From the NCBI GenBank assembly GCA_003135055.1, contig PLDF01000473.1, positions 1,246-65,245 on the forward strand: 64,000 nucleotides of DNA. The letters run 5' to 3'. The notes beneath the pieces are model-generated. The model was not told the origin of the DNA. It saw only the letters and a list, made by a program, of their open reading frames with translations, and ran no database searches. Positions 1-10,297 of this stretch are shown one piece after another (position 1 is the first letter of the stretch; each line of letters opens with the position of its first letter). The translations under genes and the position numbers were made by a program. This DNA comes from Bryobacterales bacterium (GTDB lineage Bacteria; Acidobacteriota; Terriglobia; Bryobacterales; Bryobacteraceae).

Positions 1-609
1 CTGCGGTTTTCGCGGGATTCCGTGCGTGACTGGAACAACGGTCTAACGAACGTAGTGAAGCCAGTAATCGAGAAGCGTTTCGCAGTGATCGAGCGGAGCA
101 AGGCAACCACCCTCGGCTTCAAGAGAGTAGAGAAACCGGCTGTAGCTCCTCCCACACACCTACCAGTTGAGCCTCGGCTGCCCCGCCAAACAGCAAAGCT
201 CGACGTGTTCCTCTCACACGCCTCGGAGGACAAAGACGCCATCGCGCGGCCGCTTTATCAGGCGCTCATCGAGGCGGGTTTAACCGTCTGGTTCGACGAA
301 GCCGCCCTGCGCTTGGGGGATAGTTTGCGGCGGAAGATCGATGAAGGCTTAGCACGCTGCAACTACGGCGTTGTCATCATTAGTCCTAATTTCCTTGATC
401 TTGATAAGGAATGGCCACAACGAGAACTTGACGGCCTTGCGGCTCGTGAAATCGCTGGTGGCAAGACGATGATTCTGCCGGTCTGGCACGACATCGCTCA
501 TGCGGCAATCGCCCAGAAATCACCTACACTTGCTGACCGCGTTGCTGCGAAATCAACCGAAGGAATTCCGGCGCTCGTCGCCAAGATAATCCAGGTGGTC
601 CGCCAATAG
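1..609 (+). CDS. TIR domain protein (5' end may lie upstream of window; first in-frame start GTG at 22)
   Basis: ORF 22..609, with the frame open back to base 1. The C-terminal ~135 aa fit the bacterial TIR_2 pattern: DVFLSHASEDKD, GVVIISPNF, WPQRELDG, ILPVWH. Confidence 0.8.
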   Translation: MRFSRDSVRDWNNGLTNVVKPVIEKRFAVIERSKATTLGFKRVEKPAVAPPTHLPVEPRLPRQTAKLDVFLSHASEDKDAIARPLYQALIEAGLTVWFDEAALRLGDSLRRKIDEGLARCNYGVVIISPNFLDLDKEWPQRELDGLAAREIAGGKTMILPVWHDIAHAAIAQKSPTLADRVAAKSTEGIPALVAKIIQVVRQ

Positions 610-793
610 CGAACGTGAACCCTCGGATCAACTATAGCCGTAAAATACCCAGTGGGCGGCATCTCCCGAAGGGGACTTCTTGCCCGCGCTTCGGGAATCT
701 TGGCAGTTTCCGAGTAGCGTTTTCCGCCCGCAATCGACACGATCAGCGGCAGCCATCGAGTAGTAATATGTGATTCGTGGAATACGGGGGCGT

Positions 794-1810
794 TTACGCC
801 GCCGGATTGTTGAAGAATGGCGGTGCCGGCGGATGATAGGCTAGCATCAGGCCGTCAACCAGCGCATTTCCGCTGACACGGATCTTGACCTGGGTGATGG
901 CGGCCTGTGCTGTGCTCCGCTTGACGTACTTCGCCGTAGCGCCTGAAACAACCAGCATGGCGTCGTAAGCAACAAGCGCTTGGTCCTTGCTCACGAGCCG
1001 GGAGTGGTAGCGTACGTCTGGCTTGCACTGTATCGCCGAAATCAGCGAGGGGTCGAGCAGCGGTAATCCAAGTGCATATGCGCACGCGCACAGTTCATCG
1101 AGACGATGGATCTTGCCGTGGCTACCACCCTTCTCGAGAATGTAGCTCTTGAAGACCTTTTCTGCTACCTGCAATGAAGCCCAGTTGGACTGCCCGTAAT
1201 TCGGTGTCCGCAAGAGTAGGCATTCGGCTGCTTCCCGGAGATCGTCGAGCGCTTCTTTCATGTATGGCGCGTCACCGCCGCCTTGTCGCTCTGCCAATGC
1301 CCCCTCCATCGCCGAGAAAGATTGAAACATCCGGTGATATCGGGTCAGAATCGCGCCGCACTCGGTCGGAGATAACCGCCCTGCCAGTTCGGGAGTGAGT
1401 CCCTCGATGCTGTCATCGAGAAGGTTTATGATCGTTCGCTCTGGCCCATCCGTCCCGCGGTGTTGGATCTTCCGGCCCAGCATCTCGACGGAACAAATCG
1501 CGTACATGGCACCGTAGAACCGGAAGCAGCGAATTCGGTACGTGTCGCTGCGGATCGACACAAACGACTTGCCAAAATCTAGATCCACGTTCAGGCGATC
1601 GCCGTAGATCGCTTTGAACCAGTCGATGATGCGGCCCGCCACCGGGTCTCCGAGCGCCACGCTGATGTGAAAGCGCTGGCAGAACTTCGTCCAGCCCCGA
1701 ATCTCGCGGCCAACAATCCTGTCGTTCTCCCTCCGCAGTTCGGCGTCGATCTCGGTCATGACCGCATCGAATTCCTTGTCCGGAAGGTTCCACGCATCGA
1801 ATGGACCCAT
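794..1810 (-). CDS. hypothetical protein with C-terminal HEPN-like domain
   Basis: 338-aa ORF. The C-terminal ~110 aa follow the classical HEPN helix pattern (QVAEKVFKSYILEKGG..HGKIHRLDELCACAYALG ... DVRYHSRLVSKDQALVAYDAMLVV). The N-terminal two thirds are unrecognised. Domain call by eye only. Confidence 0.55.
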   Translation of the reverse strand: MGPFDAWNLPDKEFDAVMTEIDAELRRENDRIVGREIRGWTKFCQRFHISVALGDPVAGRIIDWFKAIYGDRLNVDLDFGKSFVSIRSDTYRIRCFRFYGAMYAICSVEMLGRKIQHRGTDGPERTIINLLDDSIEGLTPELAGRLSPTECGAILTRYHRMFQSFSAMEGALAERQGGGDAPYMKEALDDLREAAECLLLRTPNYGQSNWASLQVAEKVFKSYILEKGGSHGKIHRLDELCACAYALGLPLLDPSLISAIQCKPDVRYHSRLVSKDQALVAYDAMLVVSGATAKYVKRSTAQAAITQVKIRVSGNALVDGLMLAYHPPAPPFFNNPAA

Positions 1811-2130
1811 GTAATCATCTTCCCATCAGCCGCACGCTAGTAAGTCCTCTTCCGGTCGCCCCAGTGGCCTTTCTCCGCGGCCTGCCAGCTAGGACCGCTC
1901 GCGTGATTCCCCACGCCGATTGTGAGCGGCCTGTCGACAAAGAGGAAATTGAGATCGCGCGAATCTTTCCGGTCAACTTCTTGTTTGCGCGTCATCCGCA
2001 TCCTCAAATAGGTGGCCACTCGACCACCGCGGCAGGGCAGTGCGTTATGTTAGTTGTAGCGGATTAAAAATATGGGTCTGGATGGAGTTACCGTAGCGCG
2101 GACGTTTGCTCCTCGCAAGGTCCTTTTCCG

Positions 2131-2685
2131 ATGAGTCTTGACAACATTAAAGATCTGAGCCCTGACGTCCTAATGCTCTATCGCTATTTCGCATACGCCG
2201 CTTACATGCGAGGCAGGTTTCAGCGTGAGACTGATCCGGAATGGCTCAAGATGCTTGTGGTAGACGAATCCGGTCTTCTGATGTTCTTCTTATCGCCTCC
2301 AGGCATCTTCTTTACGTATTCGTACGCAGGAATTTACCTCGTTATCGAAGGATGGCGCCACCTCGGCCTCAAGGATCAAAGAATCGACGAGCTTCTTCAA
2401 TCGCCCTTCGTAGACCGGCTGCGGCTCTTTCGTAATGCTACTTTCCATTACCAAAAGGACTTGTTTTTTAGCTGGAAACACCTTCAGTTCTTCGGCACGG
2501 AAGAGGAGCGTACCGAGAAATGGGTCAACCAGGTTTATGACGAGTTCGAGAGGTTTTTCGCCGAAAACACTCTTCCGGTACCCGACGTGCTCCGCGGCGA
2601 ATTAAAGGGTCAGACTCATGTCGAGATTGCCAAGGCAGTCCAGAGGTTTTGGGCTGATAGAGCAGAACGTCGGTCTGACGATTAA
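2131..2685 (+). CDS. hypothetical protein carrying an R-N-x-x-x-H (HEPN-type) motif
   Basis: 184-aa ORF divergent from 794..1810. It contains LRLFRNATFHYQKD, matching the Rx4-6H HEPN RNase signature. No other family recognised. Confidence 0.55.
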   Translation: MSLDNIKDLSPDVLMLYRYFAYAAYMRGRFQRETDPEWLKMLVVDESGLLMFFLSPPGIFFTYSYAGIYLVIEGWRHLGLKDQRIDELLQSPFVDRLRLFRNATFHYQKDLFFSWKHLQFFGTEEERTEKWVNQVYDEFERFFAENTLPVPDVLRGELKGQTHVEIAKAVQRFWADRAERRSDD

Positions 2686-3083
2686 GTGTTGGTGAGGCGC
2701 AGTCCGCCTCGCGCGAGGTTCGAATCCTACTCCTACCCCGTTACGATCCCACGAGCGCGGTCTGGCCGCGAGCAAGAACCTACGGGAACGCGGGTTCCTG
2801 TTGTCGGCTCGGACGAGCCTGGGCGATTCGCGATAGCCGAAGCGTGAGAGGACTTCTGGGCGGATCGCCGGCCACTCGTACAGAGCTCGGATTGATCCCG
2901 CCGCGGCTGTAATCCGTTAGCTGGCCCCAAACCGTGTTCTGGGAAGCGTACTGGCTCAGCGTACCGCTGAGCCAGGCGGCGAAACCGTCTCGTGCGAAGG
3001 GTAAACCTTCCCAGGCTGTCAGCGCTTCTCGCTGGCGCGCTCCGCAGCGTTAGACGGCCAGAGAATCCGGAAACCGGCACTGA

Positions 3084-3356
3084 CTATGAACGGGCCCACA
3101 CCCGGTCTGCCGCCGGAGCGCCGCGTAAGAGACCCGCCGTACTTAGGTCCTCGTCAATCTCCGGCCAATGGATGCCGTAACCCGCGGCGCTGACCTGCCA
3201 GTTTTGGCGCTGCTCCGAACTCGCGTCGAGGAGTCTCGGGTACCAAACCAGTGGCACCACGATAGTGCGCCCGTCGATAAGGTCGACAGACAGAGTGTCC
3301 TCTGTAAAGCTAACCTTCTTCACGCGCTCTCCAGGCCTAATTTCCGAACCTTGCAT
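3084..3356 (-). CDS. DUF2442 family protein
   Basis: 90 aa. VSFTEDTLSVDLIDGRTIVVPLVWYPRLLDAS..QRQNWQV...GYGIHWPEIDEDLS is the typical DUF2442 pattern. It overlaps the upstream DUF4160 gene by 20 nt. Confidence 0.8.
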   Translation of the reverse strand: MQGSEIRPGERVKKVSFTEDTLSVDLIDGRTIVVPLVWYPRLLDASSEQRQNWQVSAAGYGIHWPEIDEDLSTAGLLRGAPAADRVWARS

Positions 3357-3573
3357 TCCATTTCTCCATCAGATCGTTTTCGTTTTCCCTGAGCATCTGT
3401 TGTATGCGCCGAAGCTCCACCGGGCTGAATCCTAAATTAAGAGCCAAGCCAACCGGCCTCAACCAGAATTTCGCGGACTGATCGTCGCGATCCACGTGAA
3501 CATGAGGAGGCTCGTTTGGCTCATGGCTGAAAAAGTATACCCGGTACGGACCCGATCGCAATACCGTCGGCAC
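3337..3573 (-). CDS. DUF4160 family protein
   Basis: YRVYFFSHEPNEPPHVHVDRDDQSAKFWLRP is the DUF4160 signature. The ORF extends to 3612, but GTG at 3573 (VPTVLRSGPYRVYFF) matches the usual family N-terminus. Confidence 0.75.
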   Translation of the reverse strand: MPTVLRSGPYRVYFFSHEPNEPPHVHVDRDDQSAKFWLRPVGLALNLGFSPVELRRIQQMLRENENDLMEKWNARFGN

Positions 3574-3886
3574 GGTCCCAGTATCGCACCATCGTGAATG
3601 CTGAGTGCTCAACTCGGCGAAAGTCTGACAGTAGCCCCAATCCGGGAAAGGACGCTCGGCCGGCTAGCTGTCCCGAAATCTCGTTCCCGCCAGCGAAAAC
3701 CCAAGAAGGCCCGGCTCCGGAGTTAGCGACCGGAACAACGGAGATCAGGCCCAAGGCCCCGCAACCGGACCTTGGCAGAGGGCCTCATCTTAACGCATAT
3801 GCCCAGACGACCGGGGCCCTATCCTCGCTTGGCGGGGAACATCCCGCCGCCGGGACTCCGTCTCGACTGCGTGGTTTGCGGTGCGG

Positions 3887-4216
3887 TCATTCTAACCGGC
3901 CTTTCCCGAAAACGCGTCGGCGCCCAGCCACCGCGGGCGGGTCTTTGCCGCGACGCCGAGATCGAACAGCCAAACCTCGCCGCGGGCGTGCTGCATTCTC
4001 GTCCTGGTCTAATGAAGCCGAAGAGCGCCTTGGCCGCCTTTCCAATCTCCTCGTCCGCAAGGGTCCGGAATCAAACGGCAGCTCCCGAGTCCGCCTCAGG
4101 ATTTCCACGGCGAAGGTCTGCTTGTCGTCAGCCGGAAGAGAGTCAAGGGCTTCCAGGAGATCAAGCGGCTGCTTGCTCGTGTATTCACGCGACCTTAATT
4201 CAGAGCGCGGCTGCAA
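3887..4216 (-). pseudogene. decayed antitoxin plus MazF/PemK-like toxin N-terminal remnant
   Basis: The 109-aa ORF starts like a small antitoxin (LLEALDSLPADDKQTFAVEILRR). Alternative frames read PLADEEIGKAAKALF and then GEVWLFDLGVAAKTRP, a MazF/PemK-type N-terminus, before ending. At least two frame changes are needed. Confidence 0.3.
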
Positions 4217-4336
4217 ATGCTACCGAGTGCTTAAACGTTTTCGGGATTCCTCGCTCGGCCGCGAAATCCCGCTCCCTCACGGTCGCGGCTCCGTAACTAA
4301 ACTATCTTGAGTTGAGACACTGTGAAACAATCGGTT

Positions 4337-4425
4337 GGCAGGCGAAAGCGCCTGCCCCACGGCTGAAAAAGCCAAATTCAAGAGAGCCGGCTGAAAGCCG
4401 GCTGCAGCCAGGATTGGCTGCCCCA
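4337..4425 (-). repeat. cluster of three hairpins, two of them REP-like with GTGGGGCA heads; probable terminator region of the ABC-F gene
   Basis: On the minus strand: GTGGGGCAGCCA-ATCC-TGGCTGC (4404..4425), AGCCGGC-TTTCA-GCCGGCT (4385..4403) and GTGGGGCAGGCG-CTTT-CGCCTGCC (4337..4360). They lie directly after the stop at 4426. Confidence 0.55.
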
Positions 4426-6216
4426 CTAACTCTGCTTCTCTTCTAACTCCGCCCAGCGGGCATAGAGCGTTGCTACTTCCGCCTCGGCCGCTTGTAACCG
4501 CTCGTAGCAGTCGTGCAACCTCACTCCGTCCGACACCACCTCAGGCGCCTGCATCTCTGCGCGGATCGCTTCCAGCGAGTGTTCGCCTTCGAGAATCCGC
4601 GGCTCCATCCGCTCCCACTCGCGCGCTTCCAGATACGACAGCTTCTTCTTACCCGCCGCTGCTGTCTTGGGCACGGCGGGCTTGTCCGTCTTCGGCTGCT
4701 TCGGCGCGGTCTGCGCCTGTTCCCACTGCCAGTAGTCGGCGAAGATTTGCGCGCCGCCTTGCCCGTCGAGACCCAGGACGGCGGTGGAAACGCGGTCCAG
4801 CATGAAACGGTCGTGCGTTACCAGCACCAGCGCGCCGGGGAAATCGGCGAGGCTCTCTTCGAGTACCTCAAGCGTCGTGATATCCAGGTCGTTGGTCGGC
4901 TCGTCGAGCAACAGAACGTCGGCGGGCTGCAGCATCAGGCGGGCGATCAGGACGCGCGCCTGCTCGCCGCCGGAGAGGCTCGATATGGGGCGGTCGAGCT
5001 GGCCAGCGTCGAAGAGGAATCGCTTGGCCCATCCGGCCACGTGGATGGGTTGGCCGCGAAAAATCACGTGGTCGCCGTGTCCTCCCAGGCCTTCGCGAAG
5101 AGTTTGCGTGGGGTCCAAATGCTCGCGGGCTTGATCGAAATAGACGATGCGCGGGGCGTCGGCGAGCTCCACGCGGCCGGAATCGGGCTGCGCTTCGCCG
5201 GCGAGGATGCGCAGCAGCGTGGTCTTGCCGGTTCCGTTCAGACCCAGCAGACCCAGGCGCACGCCGGGCGAGAGCGTGAAGTTGAGATCGCGGAAAAGCG
5301 CGCGGCCGCCCAGCGATTTGGCGACGCCTTCCACGGAAATCAGGCGCTTGGTGCGGCGTTCGGTGGCGGTGAAGTCGATGCGCGCGACGCCCTTGGCGGT
5401 GCGGCGTTCCAGGTCGGAAAGCTCGTCGATCAAGCGGCCGGCTTCATCGGTGCGGGCGCGCGATTTGCCGGTACGCGCCTTGGCGCCGCGCCGCAGCCAT
5501 TCCACCTCGCGGCGGACAATGTTGGCGAGCGATTCCTGGCGGCTGGTTTGCGCCAGCAGGAACTCCTCTTTCTTCTCCAGGAACTGGGTGTAACTGCCGG
5601 GCACGCGGAAGATGCCTTCGGGATAGGCGCGGTCGATCTCGGCCATCCCGCTCACCACGTTGTCGAGAAAGTAGCGGTCGTGGCTCACCACCACGCTGGC
5701 GAACGGCGCGTTGATGAGCAGTTTTTCCAGCCACAGGATGCCTTCGATATCCAGATGGTTGGTGGGCTCGTCGAGAAACAGCACGTCGGGGTTGGCCGCC
5801 AACTCGCGCGCGATGGCGAGGCGGCGCAGCCAGCCGCCGGAGAGCGAATCGGTGCGGACATCGCCGTTCGAGAATCCCGCGCGGCCCAGCGTGAGGTTGA
5901 TGCGGGAAGCGCGCTCGGCGTCTTCCATGCGCTCGCCGGCGATGGCATCGGTGACGATTTCGGTTGCGGTCTTGCCCTCGGGGAACTCGGCCTGTTGCGG
6001 CACGTAGCCCACGCGCGTGTTGCGGCGCAGAGATACGGAGCCTTCATCGGAATCGAGCCGGCCCGCGAGAATCTTGAGCAGCGTCGATTTGCCGGCGCCG
6101 TTGGGGCCGATCAGGCCCAGCCGCTCGCCTTCGGAAATGCCGAGCGCGATGCCGCTGAATAGAACCCGCGAGCCGAAGCTCTTGGAAAGGCCGGTGCAGC
6201 TTTCAAGCAGCGCCAT
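4426..6216 (-). CDS. uup: ABC-F family ATPase, Uup-like (two ABC domains plus C-terminal coiled coil)
   Basis: 596 aa with two Walker A motifs (GPNGAGKST, GLNGTGKTT) and two signatures (LSGGWLRRLAIAREL, LSGGEQARVLIARL). No TM domain. The C-terminal KKKLSYLEAREWERME...coiled coil resembles E. coli Uup. Confidence 0.9.
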   Translation of the reverse strand: MALLESCTGLSKSFGSRVLFSGIALGISEGERLGLIGPNGAGKSTLLKILAGRLDSDEGSVSLRRNTRVGYVPQQAEFPEGKTATEIVTDAIAGERMEDAERASRINLTLGRAGFSNGDVRTDSLSGGWLRRLAIARELAANPDVLFLDEPTNHLDIEGILWLEKLLINAPFASVVVSHDRYFLDNVVSGMAEIDRAYPEGIFRVPGSYTQFLEKKEEFLLAQTSRQESLANIVRREVEWLRRGAKARTGKSRARTDEAGRLIDELSDLERRTAKGVARIDFTATERRTKRLISVEGVAKSLGGRALFRDLNFTLSPGVRLGLLGLNGTGKTTLLRILAGEAQPDSGRVELADAPRIVYFDQAREHLDPTQTLREGLGGHGDHVIFRGQPIHVAGWAKRFLFDAGQLDRPISSLSGGEQARVLIARLMLQPADVLLLDEPTNDLDITTLEVLEESLADFPGALVLVTHDRFMLDRVSTAVLGLDGQGGAQIFADYWQWEQAQTAPKQPKTDKPAVPKTAAAGKKKLSYLEAREWERMEPRILEGEHSLEAIRAEMQAPEVVSDGVRLHDCYERLQAAEAEVATLYARWAELEEKQS

Positions 6217-6236
6217 TATGTTTTATCGCGGTCCGC

Positions 6237-7490
6237 TCATTCGTAACGCAGCGCTTCCACGGGGTCGAGCTGCGCCGCTTTCACGGCCGGCCAAACGCCG
6301 AAAAACACGCCCACGGCGACGGATACGGAAAAGCCCGCGATCAGCGCCCAGGCCGGCACTTTGGCGGAAATTGAGGGCACCAGCACGCCCACCAGCATGG
6401 TGATCATAATGGCCACGAACAGACCGAGCACGCCGCCGGCGCCGGTGAGCGTCATGGCTTCAATGAGGAACTGGCCGATGATGTCGCGCTTCCGGGCGCC
6501 CAGCGCTTTGCGGACGCCGATTTCGCGGGTGCGCTCGGTAACACTCACCAGCATGATGTTCATCACGCCGATTCCGCCCACCAACAGCCCGAGGGCCGAG
6601 ATGGCAATAGCCACCAGTCCGATGAGCCCGGTGATTTTATCGAACTGCTGAATAATCTGGTCGGGCGTGGAGATGGAGAAATCGTCTTCCGCGGCGGTTT
6701 CCAGATGGCGCAGGCGGCGAATGGTCCCTTCGGTTTCGTCGTAAGCGTCCTGGCGGTGGCCAGGCTTTGCTTTAGCGATAATCATGAAGCGGTTGATCTG
6801 CGGATAGCGCGATTCGGCCGTGCGCAGCGGAATGTCGATCTCGTTATCCTGCCCGTTTTCGCCGAAGAACCCGCCCTTGGCTTTGGCGTAGGCGCCGATG
6901 ACGGTGTACTCGGCGCCATCCAGCATAAAGGTGCGGTCCACCGCGTGGCCATCGGGGAAGAGCTGTTCGGCGACGTTGTGACCGATCATGGCGACGTGCG
7001 CGCCGCGCTGATCTTCTTCTGGCGTAAAGTAGCGGCCGGCGTCGAAATCGCGCGGCGAGATGGCGTACATGTTGGCGGAAAGTCCGTTGACGTTGATGGT
7101 GTCGGATTCGTATCCGGGCACGCGCGCGATCAGCGGATTGCCGTCCACCACGGGCGGAATGTAGAGAACCAGGCCGGTATCGGCGACCGAAGAGCACCAG
7201 CGCTTGATGTAATCGGCATACTCGGGTTTGAGCGGACGGCGCTTCTTTTCCTTGGGAATTTGCGAATCCTGACTGGGGTCGCCGGACGTGCGGTAGACGA
7301 AAATGTTGTCCGGACCCAGCTCCTGGAAGAAGACCACCACGCCCTGGCGCAGGCCGGTGAGCAGCGCCGAGACGGTAACCACGGTAGTGATGCCGATCAC
7401 GATGCCGAGAATGGTGAGCATCGAGCGGAACTTGTGGGTCCACACCGCGGCAATTGCCATGTGCATGTTTTGGCTTGGGCTGATGTTCAC
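6237..7490 (-). CDS. ABC transporter permease, MacB/FtsX-like
   Basis: 417 aa with an N-terminal TM helix, a periplasmic MacB_PCD-like region, and a C-terminal FtsX module (VTERTREIGVRKALGARKRDI ... PAVKAAQLDPVEALRYE). Confidence 0.9.
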   Translation of the reverse strand: MNISPSQNMHMAIAAVWTHKFRSMLTILGIVIGITTVVTVSALLTGLRQGVVVFFQELGPDNIFVYRTSGDPSQDSQIPKEKKRRPLKPEYADYIKRWCSSVADTGLVLYIPPVVDGNPLIARVPGYESDTINVNGLSANMYAISPRDFDAGRYFTPEEDQRGAHVAMIGHNVAEQLFPDGHAVDRTFMLDGAEYTVIGAYAKAKGGFFGENGQDNEIDIPLRTAESRYPQINRFMIIAKAKPGHRQDAYDETEGTIRRLRHLETAAEDDFSISTPDQIIQQFDKITGLIGLVAIAISALGLLVGGIGVMNIMLVSVTERTREIGVRKALGARKRDIIGQFLIEAMTLTGAGGVLGLFVAIMITMLVGVLVPSISAKVPAWALIAGFSVSVAVGVFFGVWPAVKAAQLDPVEALRYE

Positions 7491-7493
7491 GAT

Positions 7494-8768
<1,275 letters not shown>

Positions 8769-8812
8769 CTTACTCCAGGATAACGTACTATGAAAAGGCG
8801 CACCCGCTTCGG

Positions 8813-9163
8813 ATGCCAATTCTTCGTCTTCTTCGCCTCGCTTATACTACGCAATTTCTCATCGCTTTGATCGCGGTTTTTTTCCTGTGGGGCGAAGTCG
8901 GCGGCCAGGGCCATCTCGATCTTATGCCGTGGTACCTGAAACTTGGCCTGGGGGCGGGCGTGGCGTATGCCGTGGTGAAGGCCACGGCTTCGGCGGTGGC
9001 GCAGGAACCGGCCTGGAATATCAAAACCCTGAAATGGCTCGGCGCGATGCTGGCGCTGCTGGTGGCATGCGGCGTGGTGACCTATTACTATCACTTGTAC
9101 GGCGAAGAGGACGATCAGCAGGACGGGCAAGGCACGTCGATCGCGGGCGTGATCCGCCCGTAA
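8813..9163 (+). CDS. small hypothetical membrane protein
   Basis: 116 aa with three hydrophobic helices and an acidic tail (GEEDDQQDGQ). No family recognised. Confidence 0.4.
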   Translation: MPILRLLRLAYTTQFLIALIAVFFLWGEVGGQGHLDLMPWYLKLGLGAGVAYAVVKATASAVAQEPAWNIKTLKWLGAMLALLVACGVVTYYYHLYGEEDDQQDGQGTSIAGVIRP

Positions 9164-9496
9164 GCTGCGCAAATTGTAGGGCGGGCTCCTGGTCTACCCC
9201 CGGTCCGCGAGTCCCCTGGATTGGCCCACTGGACCCGCTCTTCGCCTGACCAAATCAGCCTCATGCCACTTCCGAGAGGCCGGCGAGGTCGTCCTTGCTG
9301 TCGCTGCCGGGGTGCTTAAACGTTGTCGGGAAAGGCCGGCTAAATGACCGCTAACCGACGTGCGCGGCTCCGTAACTATCTGCAAACCACACCGAGCGGC
9401 GACCGTCAGAGAGCGGGATTTCGTGGCCCAGCGAGGACGTCCCGAAAACGTGTAGGCGCCCTCTTGCTGACGCTATACCGGGGAGAGCGGACGTCC

Positions 9497-10297
9497 ATGT
9501 TACGCTGTCAATTCATGCGCAAAAGAGCATTGGCGGCCATATTGTGCGGGACCATCCCCGCGCTTGGCTGGGGACCGGAAGGACATAGCCTGATCGCCCG
9601 CATCGCGGAGGCGCAACTGACTCCGGCGGTGCACGCGAAGGTGGTGGAGATTCTGGGTCCGAACGTTACTATGGCGTCGGTGGCAAGTTGGCCGGATGAG
9701 ATCCGGCGCTCGCGGCCGGAGACCGGGGAATGGCACTACATCGATATTCCCATCGACAAGCCGCACCTCGATATGGCGCGCGATTGCCCCAAGGGCGACT
9801 GCGTGATCAAGAAGATCGAGGATTTCGAGGTAGTGCTGCACGATCCGAATACGCCGGCCGTGCAGCGGCGCGAAGCGTTGCTGTTTCTGATTCACTTCGT
9901 GGGCGACATGCACCAGCCGCTGCACGACTCGGATAACAAGGATAAGGGCGGCAACGACGTCCGCGTGATCTACAACGGGCGTAACACGAACCTGCACTCA
10001 CTGTGGGACAGCGGCTTGTTGGGACACATGGGAAAGGAAGACGAACTGTTTCCAGGGTATTCGGCGGAATCGGAGCGGCATGCGAAGAAGTGGGCGAAGG
10101 GGAGCGTGGAAGATTGGGCGGTACAGGCGCATAAATCGGCCGTGAAGGTGACATACGGAAAGCTGCCGAAGACGGATAAGGGCGCGGCGGTGGCGATCAC
10201 GGCTGAGTATGAGGCGAAGGCCGATCCGCTGATTCGGTTGCAGATTGAGAAGGCGGGAGCCAGGCTGGCGCGGGTTTTGAATGAGGCGCTAAGGTAG
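9497..10297 (+). CDS. S1/P1 nuclease family protein (secreted)
   Basis: WGPEGH at the mature N-terminus, plus WPDEIR, WHYIDIP, HFVGDMHQPLH, GGN and NLHSLWDSGLL, which are S1/P1 zinc-nuclease motifs. ATG 9497 is preceded by GGGAGAG. The ORF extends to 9344. Confidence 0.9.
   Translation: MLRCQFMRKRALAAILCGTIPALGWGPEGHSLIARIAEAQLTPAVHAKVVEILGPNVTMASVASWPDEIRRSRPETGEWHYIDIPIDKPHLDMARDCPKGDCVIKKIEDFEVVLHDPNTPAVQRREALLFLIHFVGDMHQPLHDSDNKDKGGNDVRVIYNGRNTNLHSLWDSGLLGHMGKEDELFPGYSAESERHAKKWAKGSVEDWAVQAHKSAVKVTYGKLPKTDKGAAVAITAEYEAKADPLIRLQIEKAGARLARVLNEALR

Noticed and set aside
2697-2745. tRNA-like motif GGTTCGAATCC preceded by the hairpin GAGGCG-CAGTC-CGCCTC, considered as a tRNA fragment or att site marking an island boundary
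   Set aside because: The flanking bases do not form a T-stem (CGAGG versus CCTAC), and no acceptor or anticodon arm can be drawn. The hairpin may simply be a terminator for the 184-aa gene.
3594-4310. 238-aa and 174-aa plus-strand ORFs rich in Arg/Pro/Ser
   Set aside because: They are compositionally implausible and have no motifs. The region is better explained by the decayed TA remnant on the other strand plus non-coding DNA.
4513-6162. 549-aa ORF on the plus strand, plus other nested ORFs at 4470..6403
   Set aside because: These lie antisense to, or out of frame with, the Uup-like ABC-F gene, whose Walker and signature motifs are unambiguous.
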